From the NCBI RefSeq assembly GCF_902713615.1, contig NC_052175.1, forward strand, positions 7,023,941-7,087,940: a stretch of 64,000 nucleotides of DNA, in the 5' to 3' direction. Below the pieces are notes generated by a model. That model did no database searches. It had not been told where the DNA came from and was given only the letters and a program-made list of their open reading frames with translations. The position numbers were made by a program, and so were the translations under genes. This DNA comes from Scyliorhinus canicula (Eukaryota). Below are positions 53,960 to 63,642 of this stretch, piece after piece. Every line of letters begins with the position of its first letter. The first letter of the stretch is position 1.

Positions 53960-54330
53960 TTGCTGGACTGGTAATCTAGAGACCCAGGATAACTGCTCTG
54001 GGCAAGAGTTCAATTCCCAGTAGGGTAGATGATGAATTCAAATTCAATGAAAATATATGAAATTGTCGTCAACAGCACAACTGATTCACCAATGCCCTTT
54101 CGGGGAAGCAAACGTTGCCTTAAAAAGGCATGTCCTGGCTTGCATGTGACCCACAGCAATCTTGTTGTCTCTTACATGCTAATCGACAAGCCACAAAAAA
54201 CACCCAAAATAAATGAAACCGGACAGACCACTTGCCATAGCAACGCCAACAGCGGTTCAAGAAGGCAGCTCCACCATTTGCTCAACTGCAACGAAGGATG
54301 GACAATAAATGCTGGCATAGACTGCAACAG
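53960..54330 (+). mobile_element. Old Deu-domain SINE (SacSINE1-like)
   Basis: Recognised from memory: CTGGTAATCTAGAGACCCAGG head, TTCACCAATGCCCTTTCGGGGAAG...ATGTGACCCACAGCAAT core, GGTTCAAGAAGGCAGCTC...AATAAATGCTGGC tail. Confidence 0.55.
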
Positions 54331-54334
54331 CCAC

Positions 54335-54482
54335 ATAGAACATAGAACATAGAACAGTACAGCACAGAACAGGCCCTTCGGCCCTCGATGTTGTGCCGAG
54401 CAACGATCACCCTACTCAAACCCACGTATCCACCCTATACCCGTAACCCAACAACCCCCCCCCCCCCCCCCCCCATTAACCC
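54335..54482 (-). mobile_element. V-SINE 3' tail fragment
   Basis: (TTCTATG)n tail and poly-G segment. Confidence 0.85.
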
Positions 54483-55449
54483 TATTGAGTAGTCATAACA
54501 ATGTTCTTCCTGTTAATGTTAATACAGGATTATGGTAGGTGACACAGAAATGAATTAAATTCAGCCGACGCCACCAGAACACGGGTTAAACCATGATAAC
54601 AGGAATGGACTTGAGGAGAGGACAGTCAATGGTGAAGGTTTGAGATAATTACGGTTTTGAAGTTTTGGGAGGTCAGCTACAGACTCTGGGGCGAGAGCGG
54701 TGGGACGTCAAGGAAAACGGATCAAAATCTATAACAGAGACGCAGGTCCGTCATATACACCGCAGGAGAAACAAAACAAATCTTCACACAATGAATGATA
54801 AATAATTGGACCATTCCCACAAAATGTCATTTAAGCTGGTGCCATTTATGAAGTCAATCAACTCATTACTTAATTGATCAAGTCATTAATTAATTAACCT
54901 GTTTATATGTCTACTTATTTAGTTAAGAATATCAGAATGTGTGTATTTGTTAATTCATTTAACTGTTTACTTATTCATAGAATCGCAGAATTCGCACCGT
55001 CTGGAAGGACACAAGCGCATCAAGTCTCCACGGACTCCCTAAAAGCACACCCGAGCCAGGCCGAGACCCCGCCCCATCCCCATAACCCCACTGAACCTCC
55101 ATTCTTTGGTCACTAAGTGGCAATTTAGCATGGCCAATCCACCTAACCTGCGCATCGTGAAAAGTGGGAGGAAACAGGAGTACCCGGAGGAAACCCATTC
55201 TCTGAAAAGGCACTTGAGGCAGAAAACCTCACCACATTTAAATGTACTTGGATGTCCATGTTTTCTTGAACAAACGACCGGCAGCGCAATAGTCCAGATG
55301 CAGTCAAGTGGGATGAAGCTGGCTAAAGCTCTGCCAACAAAGACTGAAACCTTGGGCCGAATGGCCTCGTTCTGTCTCATGACTTGTTTAACTAAACTGA
55401 GTTCTGATTCTGACCCATGGCGCAAATTATTGTGTCCTCGCAACTAACA

Positions 55450-55870
55450 GGGTGTTGAAAGGTGCGGCACAATAATCCAAGCATTCTGTAAAGTGGAGGA
55501 CAATGTTAGGGACAGAACAAAGTGATTTCACACTCAGCCCGTCAATTTAATTCAGCACTATTCCTAACTCTGGATGCAATGCAACTCTCCTTGTCCACAT
55601 GCTGCAAGACCTGGGCAACATTCTGGCTTCGGCTGATAAATGCAAACAACATTCGCGCCACACAGCTGCAAAAAAGACTTCAAACATCGCCCATCTACCA
55701 GCTCTATTTTCATCTCTGAATGCTTCATTGCTAATATCTGGAAGGTTTCCAACGGCCAGTGACACACATGCGCTGGTTAAAATAAAAATACAAAATCCAC
55801 GCCAGAGACTGGCAATTCTGTGGCTTGCAAGTCACCTCTTAACTCGCCAAAGACTGTCTACAATGTCCAA
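55450..55870 (+). mobile_element. Old LINE RT fragment
   Basis: QDLGNILASADK...FAPH-like post-YADD motif. Confidence 0.55.
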
Positions 55871-55879
55871 GGTGCAAGT

Positions 55880-56190
55880 GAAATGAAATGAAAATCGCTT
55901 ATTGTCACGAGTAGGCTTCAATGAAGTTACTGAAAGCCCCTGGTCGCCACATTCCGGCACCTGTCCGGGGAGGGGAATCGAACCGTGCTGCTGGCCTGCT
56001 TAGTCTGCTTTAAAAGCCACCGATTTAACCCACTGAGCTAAACCAGCCCCTCATGAGCCACTGAGCTAAACTCACCCACACACGGGGAGAACGTGCAGAC
56101 TCCACACAGACAGTAATCCAGCGGGGAATCGAACCTGGGACCCTGGCGCTGCGAAACCACAGTGCTAACCACTGTGCTACCGTGCTGCCC
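55880..56190 (-). mobile_element. (CATTT)n SINE (55880-56050) adjacent to a V-SINE head (56071-56190)
   Basis: Shared heads and tails with other copies. Confidence 0.8.
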
Positions 56191-56550
56191 CAATTGGAAA
56201 AATTATGCGACTAATATTGATAATGGCGATAGTAGTCAGAAAACGAATTAACAATCCATAGTCGGTGCGAAATAATTTCTGTATTGGACACGTGACAAAT
56301 GAGAGTTACAATATTCAGCCAAACTTAAATCACCGTCCATTCCAACAGGCTGCTATTCTGGTTTTCATGCGTTCCTGGGTTTCTGGATTAAATGTACATC
56401 CAAGTCAATTATCTCAAAACACACGTGCACCCCACAAAGTGGAGGAAATTTTAATGGAATTATGACTGAACAATGATTCTTGCATCAATGAAAAAAAAGT
56501 TTGAAATGTTCTTCAACACGTCATACCTATCCCCAAAATGCTCTTCCGCA

Positions 56551-56595
56551 TTAAAGGGTCGGATCTGGAGTAAACGCCAAATGAGCGTAAAGAGT
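56551..56595 (-). CDS. Exon 6 coding part, TLYAHLAFTPDPTL* with ITIM/ITSM-like motif
   Basis: Strong acceptor ttctgttttctcttacAG; phase-0 reading gives TxYxxL then TAA at 56553..56551; ATTAAA about 100 nt downstream (56455..56450). Confidence 0.8.
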   Translation of the reverse strand, partial: TLYAHLAFTPDPTL

Positions 56596-59500
56596 CTGTA
56601 AGAGAAAACAGAAGCCATTGATCATCATCGAAACAGAGAAGCAGAAATTGGTCATCCAACCCTAAACCCTAATTCCCAATTCAATTGGATCATAGCTGGA
56701 CCAAATACCCGCAATGGTATCCAATTTAAACTAGACATTACAATGTTTGCTGGGATCTCCCACTCCCTTTAAGCATGTTGACATTAACTCTGAAATATTC
56801 ATCTAATTTTATGCTTTTATTCCTGGTATTGATGCCTGCAATAGAACAGGTTCTCTCCTTTTATCCGATCAAAGATATGAAACAACTTAATCAGCTCAGT
56901 TAGATCATATCTTTCTCTTCAATACTTGCGGGAATGTGAGTGAAATGTGTGTTGACTATTCTCATAATCCAACCCGATTTTAACTCTGTTTTCATTCCAT
57001 TGAATCGTTATTCTGGAATTCCATCTATGTATTGATTAATTCTCCAAATATATTTTTTTAGCGACTTTCAGTTGGAGCAAAACGTTAAATAGAGCAATGA
57101 AATGTTTAATAATTTTTGCAACCATAATTATTCATATTAAAGATTGTTTCGAAAGTCAGTGAAGTGAAACGACAGGTAGTAAGAAGGAAAATCTTGCAGT
57201 TACCTCTTTGTCTCGTTCACGTTTCTCCCAATTTGAGAAGGTCTGATTGGAGCTACTATTGCCTGATATATATAAAAAAGACAAACAATTACAACTTGGA
57301 TAAAAAAACAGGTTAATTACCATGCAAAAGATCAAAGAGCATAAACGTAAACATTTGGAAAATTGGAGCCATTCGGCCCTCCAAGCGTGATCTTCCCTTC
57401 AATATAATCATGGTTGGAAATCTAACTCAATAACCGGATATATTTCCCTCCATGTCTTTTGATCCCCTTCACCCCAGGTCGATATCTAACTGACCCTTGA
57501 AAACATAAAATGTTTTGGCCCCAACTGTTTCCTGTGGCAGCGAATTGGACAGGCTGACCACTTTCGCCTCATCTCTGGCCTAAATGGTTTACTCCATATC
57601 CTCAGGTTGTGACCCCTGGTTCTGGAAACACCAACCACGGGGAACATCCTCCCTACATCTACGCTGTTTAGTCATGTTCGAATTTTCTAGGTTTCTTTGA
57701 GATTCCCTCATATTTCTACTCAGGGGCTGGTTTAGCACACGAGGGCTAAATAGCTGGCTTTTAAAGCAGATAGAGGCAGGCCAGAAGCATGGTTCAATTC
57801 CCGTATCAGGCTCCCCAAACAGGCACCGGAATGTGGCGAATAGGGGCTTTTCACAGTACCTTCATTGAAGCCTACTCGTGACAATAAGCGATTCTCATTT
57901 CATTTCTTTCTCCAGCAAATAGAATCCTAACTGACTCAATCTCTCCGCATACCTCAGTCCCGCTATCCCAGGAACCAATCTGTCACACCTTTGCTGTGCT
58001 CCCCCATAACAAGGACATCGTCGATCAGATAAGAAACCCCCAAACTACGCAGTTTCACAGATAAACCAGTCAGCACACAGGTAGGGGTGTAGAACCCCAC
58101 ACACAGATAGGGGTGTAGAATCCCGCACACAGATAGGGGTGTAGAACCTCGCACACATATAGGGGTGTAGAATCCCGCACACAGATAGGGGTGTAGAACC
58201 CCGCACACAGATAGGGGTGTAGAACCCCGCACACAGATAGGGGCGTAGAACCCAGCACACGGATAGGGGTTTAGAACCCCGCACACGGATAGCGGTGTGG
58301 AACCCCGGACACAGATAGGGGTGTAGAACCCCACACACAGATAGGGGTGTAGAACCCCACACACGGATAGTGGTGTAGAACCCACACACGGATAGGGGTG
58401 TAGAACCCCGCACACAGATAGGGGTGTAGAACCCTACACACGGATAGGGGTGTAGAACCCCACACACGGATAGGGGTGTAGAACCCCACACACGGATAGG
58501 GGTGTAGAACCCCGCACACGGATAGGGGTGTAGAACCCCGCACACGGATAGGGGTGTAGAACCACGCACACGGATAGGGGTGTAGAACCCCACACACAGA
58601 TTGGGGTGTAGAACCCCGCACACAGATAGGGGTGTAGAACCCCACACACAGATAGGGGTGTAGAACCCACACACGGATAGGGGTTTAGAACCCCGCACAC
58701 ATATAGGGGTGTAGAACCCCGTACACAGATAGGGGTGTAGAACCCCACACACAGATTCGCAGCGCGGGCGGCGCTTCCTACCTGAGTGCCAGATTCTGCA
58801 GCTCCAGCCCGCGAGGATGGTTAAGACGACCAGAAGGAGAATCAGAAGGAGCGAACCTCCGTAAATCAGTGGAAGACAGTGGGGTTGAGGCGGCTCTGAT
58901 GAAGACAAGACAACTAAATATGTTACCAAGGCTGGCGGAAGCTTGTAGAAATGTGGAAGCTATCCAGAAACCCCAACTCAAGCTGGGAGAGGCCGGGCCA
59001 CAAGGTCAATTTTACACTTTCACCAATTACTCAGGTTGGATGAAGGACGGGTAGGAGTTGAGTTAAGGAAACACAATGAGAAAATACTTATTTGCAAAGA
59101 ATCCAAGTATAGGGTGAAACAGGAGGCAATGTGGTGGGCCTTAGTTTTGCCTGTTCTTTGCCGGATGTATCTCAGTTCCATTACTTTACATGGAGCTCCG
59201 TCCATAAACTCCCATGGACCCGAATTTAATCTAATATCCACTTTGTCTCCTGGACCGCATAACTCTATATCTGTTCTATCAAGTATATGTTCAAATCTGA
59301 ATCAATCTATTCGATTTGTTGAGATTGATTAGAATCTGGAAATAACCTGTAGGACTCCATGGGGCAGCAGCATTAAAGCCTTCTTAAACAAAAGAGGGCG
59401 ATGGGATTAGAAGATTAGAACACATGTGTTCGGATGTGTTAGACTTCTGGGAGAGGCTTGTTTGCAGCTGAAAAACCTACATTTACCCATTAGGATAAGT

Positions 59501-62500
59501 TGTCTTCTCGATGAATGCGATGAAATATATTTAAAAAACTGCTCATGGACAACAGGGGAGAGAGATGGAAACTTGGAACGGAATTTCAATTTCCAAGTTC
59601 ACCCAGAAAAGGTTGAGAATGGCACCGTAACTCCCACCACGCAGTTGGTGTTTAGTAAAACAGATGCGCATCAAAATTCTGCGAGGTAAACAATGACACG
59701 CTGAGTGATTTGAACGAGATCATTGGCGGGTAATGAGATCAGTGTGCTTCTTGTTACCTGTGGAGGATTAGAATATGAGAAGTGAGCAGCCCTGGTCACG
59801 CCAGGTAATAAATGCTGTAATTTCATTACAGAAGGACACAGATGAAATTGACGAGGATAAAACCAGCCCGGGGAATTTGCAGCTATGAGGAGAGGTTGCA
59901 TAGGTTGGGGTTGAGAGGAGGCTGTTGGGAAATTTGACTGAGGTGTAAAAAAACTGTGAGGGGCCTGAATTAGGTGAATGGGAAGAGCCCATGACCTTTA
60001 CCAAAGAGGTCAGTGACTGGGACACACAGGTTTAAAGCGATTGGCGGAATGATTAGTGGGAAGATGATGTTTACTTTTCCACCCAATGTTGGTGGAACTC
60101 TCTGACTGAAAGTGTAGTCGAGGCAGAAACTCTCGCCTTATTCAGAAGCACGTCCAGGGCAGTACCACGCAGAGCTAAATACTGGAAAGTGGGATCAGCC
60201 TGAGTGGCTCATTTCTCAACCGCCACAGGCATGATGGGCCGAATACTCTCTTTCTGTGCTGTAAAAGGTCAACCATTCGGCAGTCCCATAATTCTGTGCT
60301 GGTGTCCAGACGCGCAGATGTCATTGCTCACAATTAATCTCAATCCAGCAACACAAAGACCAGGACAGTGAAATAAGAAAGAGGTACCTCTCTGATATGA
60401 GAACGGTTCACTGATAAGATGTTCACTCGCGTTGGTTTGAACGGAACAGGTACAGAGAGCGCCGTTCGTGCAGGTATCTGCCGACACTGTGAGCTGACTT
60501 CCTATATTGTATACCCCGTCCGAGTCTATTGTTCCAGAATGGCTCCATGTCTGGGTCTCCCAAGTGGCAAGATTCCAGCGGACGGGAAGCTTAATCGAGG
60601 AAGCGCCGTTCACCAAACACATCAAGGGGATAGTCTCCATCGAAAGAATGTCAGCCAGCGGTGGGGCGAGAAGAAATATTGCCGCGGGCCCTGGTGAGGT
60701 TGGGAGGTAAGAGGTAATTACTTTTCAACACAGCTGCCTGGTCATTCATGAGTAAATGATGTTACTTTTACCTGTGGTGAGCAATTTGGAACCGTTTCCG
60801 AATATAAAGGACATTCCGTTCGATTTCCGCGCGGCGCAATAATAAACGCCCGAATCATTTCTCTGCACCTCCTTAATCACCAGAGTGTAAATGGCCGATG
60901 CGTCATCAACTATCCCTGAGAATCGTCCGTCTGCAGGGATGTGCTTCCTGACGATGTGGACAAATTGCAGATGTTCCCGGTGCTGCTGTTTATACCAGTA
61001 AACCGCTGCACTTGCTAACCAGCCCGTGTGGCAATGCACCTTAAAGATCCCTCCAACCGAGACGGTCTGTTCCGCTGGAGTTTGCTGGAATACATCCTGA
61101 GGGAAAATAACTGGGAGAACAGGGCATAAGTGATAAAAAAAATACATCTGTGTCACACGAATGGAAATTTCCATAATTCAATGTGGCGACATCCTATGAT
61201 CGCCAATGCTCAACACGGATCCTTGGGTGAAACGCTGAGACTTCATTTTCAGTTCCGACCTGGAGAACCAGGAGTGAAGGAGGGACAGAAAAGGATAGAA
61301 AGAAAATAAAAGAGATGGTGTTCAGGTTTTGGAGTGTTCAATATTATGAACAATTTTGACAGAGTGATATTCTGTTTCCACTATTTGTTCACAATATGAA
61401 GATGGTCAGCAAGAGAGCTGGGAGTGAGCTGAGGAGAAAGTTCTTTACTGAGAGAGTTGTTGGGGGTTGGAATGCGCTGCCTGGGAGAGTGAGGGAGATG
61501 GATTCCAGAGGAGGCTTCAAACGAGAGCTGGATATATATTTGAAAGTGTTAAATTTAGAGGGCAATGGAGGTTGGGCTGGGGAATGGGACTAGTTTCGCT
61601 GCTCTTTTGGGATCAGGTTCATCCACGATGCGCTTAATGACCCCTTCTGTGCTGTAAAATTCTATCACTAATGAAATAAAGTGGGATATAATGGTGGTAA
61701 AACGGCGGGACGGTGGCAGAGTGGTTAGCACTGCTGCCTCACAGCGCCCGGGAATCCGGGGTCAATCGCGGCCTGGGGTGACTGTCGGTGTGCAGTGCTC
61801 TCACCTCTGTGCGCGGTTCCTCCGGGTGCTCCGACCTCTTCCCACAGTTCAATGATGTACAGATGAGGCGGATTGGTCATGCTAGATTTACCTTTAGTGT
61901 CCAGCGATGTGCAAGTTAGGATACTGGGGTGGGGTGGACAGGGGCCATGGACCTGGATGCGGTGCTCTTTCAGGGCGTCGGTACAGACTGGATGGGCGAA
62001 TGGTCTCCTTCTGCAATCTCGGGATTCTCTGATTCGAAAGATTCACAGACAATGAAACACATTTTTTGTGTATCGTCACACGTATTCCGGAATAGAATTT
62101 ACAGTGCAGAAGGAGGCCATTCGGCCCATTGAGTCTGCACAGGCTCTTGGAAAGAGCACCCTACCCAACACTAAGGGCAATTTTGGACACAATGGGAAAT
62201 TTAGCATGGCCAATCCACCTAACCTGCACATCTTTGGACCAAGATATTCCATGATATTCTGTTAAAATGTCCCAAGTTGCGATTTCACAAACAGCAATGT
62301 GTTAAAATCAGATCATCTATTTAATAAACGCAATGTTAAGTTTATAATAAAGGCCGAGATCTGGGCATTTGCTCTATTTTACTTGACCTATCATTATTCA
62401 GTTATTTAACATAATACTACTATTACAGAAAAGGACAGCGTGATATTACAGATGGCTAACTATCTCAGTGAGTTTAGCCCGCTTACAGATGGCTCACTAT

Positions 62501-63189
62501 CTCAGTGAGTTTAGTCCGCTTACAGATGGCTAACTATCTCAGTGAGTTTAGTCCGCTTACAGATGGCTAACTATCTCAGTGAGTTTAGCCCGCTTACAGA
62601 TGGCTAACTATCTCAGTGAGTTTAGCCCGCTTACAGATGGCTAACTATCTCAGTGAGTTTAGCCCGCTTACAGATGGCTAAATATCTCAGTGAGTTTAGC
62701 CCGCTTACAGATGGCTCACTATCTCAGTGAGTTTAGCCCGCTTACAGATGGCTAACTATCCCAGTGAGTTTAGCCCGCTAACAGATGGCTCATTATCTCA
62801 GTGAGTTTAGCCCGTTTACAGATGGCTAACTATCTCAGTGAGTTTAGTCCGCTTCCTGATGGCTCATTTTCTCAGTGAGTTTAGCCCGTTTACAGATGGC
62901 TCACTATCTCAGTGAGTTTAGCCCGTTTACAGATGGCTCACTATCTCAGTGAATTTAGTCCGCTTACAGATGGCTAACTATCCCAATGAGTTTAGCCCGT
63001 TTACAGATGGCTCACTATCTCAGTGAGTTTAGCCCGTTTACAGATGGCTAACTATCTCAGTGAATTTAGTCCGCTTACAGATGGCTAACTTTCTCAGTGA
63101 GTTTTGCCGGAATTTACACCATGTGTCAGAAGGAAGAAAATCTAACCTGGAATGAGATGGAAGAACGCGCCAAGAGTAAAGAGGCCCAT
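56551..63189 (-). CDS. Six-exon gene for a 300-aa non-rearranging antigen-receptor-like protein (L-VJ-C1-TM-cytoplasmic ITIM): join(63189..63147,61110..60772,60690..60388,58895..58782,57262..57204,56595..56551)
   Basis: Exon lengths 43+339+303+114+59+45=903 nt (300 aa + TAA), all introns GT..AG, phases 1,1,1,1,0, no internal stop. Product MGLFTLGAFFHLIPVIFPQDVFQQTP...VHC...VYWYKQQ...DSGVYYCAARKSNGMSFIFGNGSKLLTT-GPAAIFLLAPP...LMCLVNG...VRW...DSDGVYNIGSQLTVS...CTCSVQ...SYQR-EPPQPHCLPLIYGGSLLLILLLVVLTILAGWSCRIWHS-GNSSSNQTFSNWEKRERDKE-TLYAHLAFTPDPTL*. Confidence 0.85.
57204..57262 (-). CDS. Exon 5, cytoplasmic GNSSSNQTFSNWEKRERDKE
   Basis: Acceptor gtcttttttatatatatcAG, donor GAG|GTAACT; 59 nt converting phase 1 to phase 0. 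Confidence 0.8.
57350..58000 (-). mobile_element. CR1 3' fragment interrupted by a (CATTT)n SINE (57723-57906, plus strand), in intron 4
   Basis: CR1-type tail at 57350-57420; SINE head GGGGCTGGTTTAGCAC. Confidence 0.75.
58075..58757. repeat. About 26 x 26-bp minisatellite GATAGGGGTGTAGAACCCCGCACACA in intron 4
   Basis: Period 26 (58106, 58132); GGGGT/ACCCC internal stem. Confidence 0.95.
58782..58895 (-). CDS. Exon 4, stalk plus transmembrane helix
   Basis: Acceptor ttgtcttcatcAG, donor TCAG|GTAGGA; EPPQPHC-LPLIYGGSLLLILLLVVLTILAGW-SCRIWHS; phase 1/1. Confidence 0.9.
59860..60270 (+). mobile_element. Degenerate CR1 3' fragment in intron 3
   Basis: EERL-RLG / WNSL-like remnants and GGGCCGAAT...CTGTGCTGTAA tail. 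Confidence 0.6.
60388..60690 (-). CDS. Exon 3, C1-set Ig domain
   Basis: Acceptor acctcaccAG, donor AGAG|GTACCT; IFLLAPP, LMCLVNG, VRW at Cys+14, DG-Y-S-LTV, second canonical Cys at +57; inside ORF 60269..60640. Confidence 0.92.
60772..61110 (-). CDS. Exon 2, V-set Ig domain with joined J-like FGNG segment
   Basis: Acceptor gttctcccAG, donor ACAG|GTAAAAG; B-strand Cys, WYKQ, DSGVYYC (64 aa between Cys), FGNGSKL; inside ORF 60746..61174. Confidence 0.95.
61330..62240. mobile_element. CR1 3' fragment (61330-61660 +), degenerate V-SINE (61700-62035 +) and SINE tail (62088-62240 -) in intron 1
   Basis: ORF 61396..61593 (FFTERVVGGWNALP); SINE head, core and tail similarity. Confidence 0.7.
62446..63107. 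repeat. About 18 x 37-bp minisatellite TTACAGATGGCTAACTATCTCAGTGAGTTTAGCCCGC in intron 1
   Basis: Period 37 (62446, 62483); GGCTAA/TTAGCC and CTCA/TGAG inverted repeats in each unit. Confidence 0.95.
63147..63189 (-). CDS. Exon 1, signal peptide MGLFTLGAFFHLIP(V)
   Basis: ATG at 63189, hydrophobic 14 codons, phase-1 donor CCAG|GTTAGA; joins in frame to the V exon giving ...HLIPVIFP-QDVFQQ, the typical split Ig/TCR leader. Confidence 0.75.
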
Positions 63190-63400
63190 TGCCTGCGGCC
63201 CAGGTTCTTACTGTGAGCTTCACGCTTGAGGTTTCTTATTCTCGGTTCATAATCCAGAGACAGAAGAGTCTGAAGCTGCGAAATGCACAGCTGCGGAAAT
63301 TTTGAAATAGCTGGGCGGAAACATCAGCACGGTACAAATGGCGGCTTTGAATTTCCTGTTGCCACAGGAGCGCCTACGCACTGTCCTGTCTACAAAGAGC
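63190..63400 (-). promoter_or_regulatory. Candidate TATA-less promoter/5' UTR of the VJ-C1 gene
   Basis: Unique sequence just upstream of the ATG with ETS-like CAGGAAAT (63358..63351), E-box CAGCTG (63288-63293), CGGAAAT (63294-63300); motif presence only. Confidence 0.3.
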
Positions 63401-63642
63401 AAGGGGGTCACGGTTCATTTTCAACATATCTGAAAGGTGCTCTTCATACCAAAGAAACGTTACAGAACACAGTTTATTACTAGCGTCCTTCAAGTAGGTA
63501 GATGGAAGTGATCCAATTCCATGTCTTTGTTCTGGCGGCCGCTGAACTTATACCTACCAACAAATGTGCCAGATGCAGATTCGTTCGTTCTTATTTCAAG
63601 AATTGTTTTTCACCCAATGTCAGAAGTCCACCTGTCTCTTCA

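Noticed and set aside
1110-57906. tRNA genes at SINE heads
   Set aside because: Only box A/B-like remnants fused to SINE bodies; no full cloverleaf
61111-61174. ORF-track start MEISIRVTQMYFFYHLCPVLP as the real N-terminus
   Set aside because: It is the polypyrimidine tract of intron 1; a better leader exon with matching phase exists at 63189..63147
61180-61262. Strong acceptor at 61261-61260 (minus) followed by MKSQRFTQ...
   Set aside because: All frames stop soon and no good donor follows; at most a cryptic exon
62446-63107. RSS-like heptamers (CTCAGTG / CACTGAG) in the intron-1 VNTR
   Set aside because: CTCAGTG breaks the invariant CAC; no ACAAAAACC-like nonamer at 12 or 23 bp from CACTGAG
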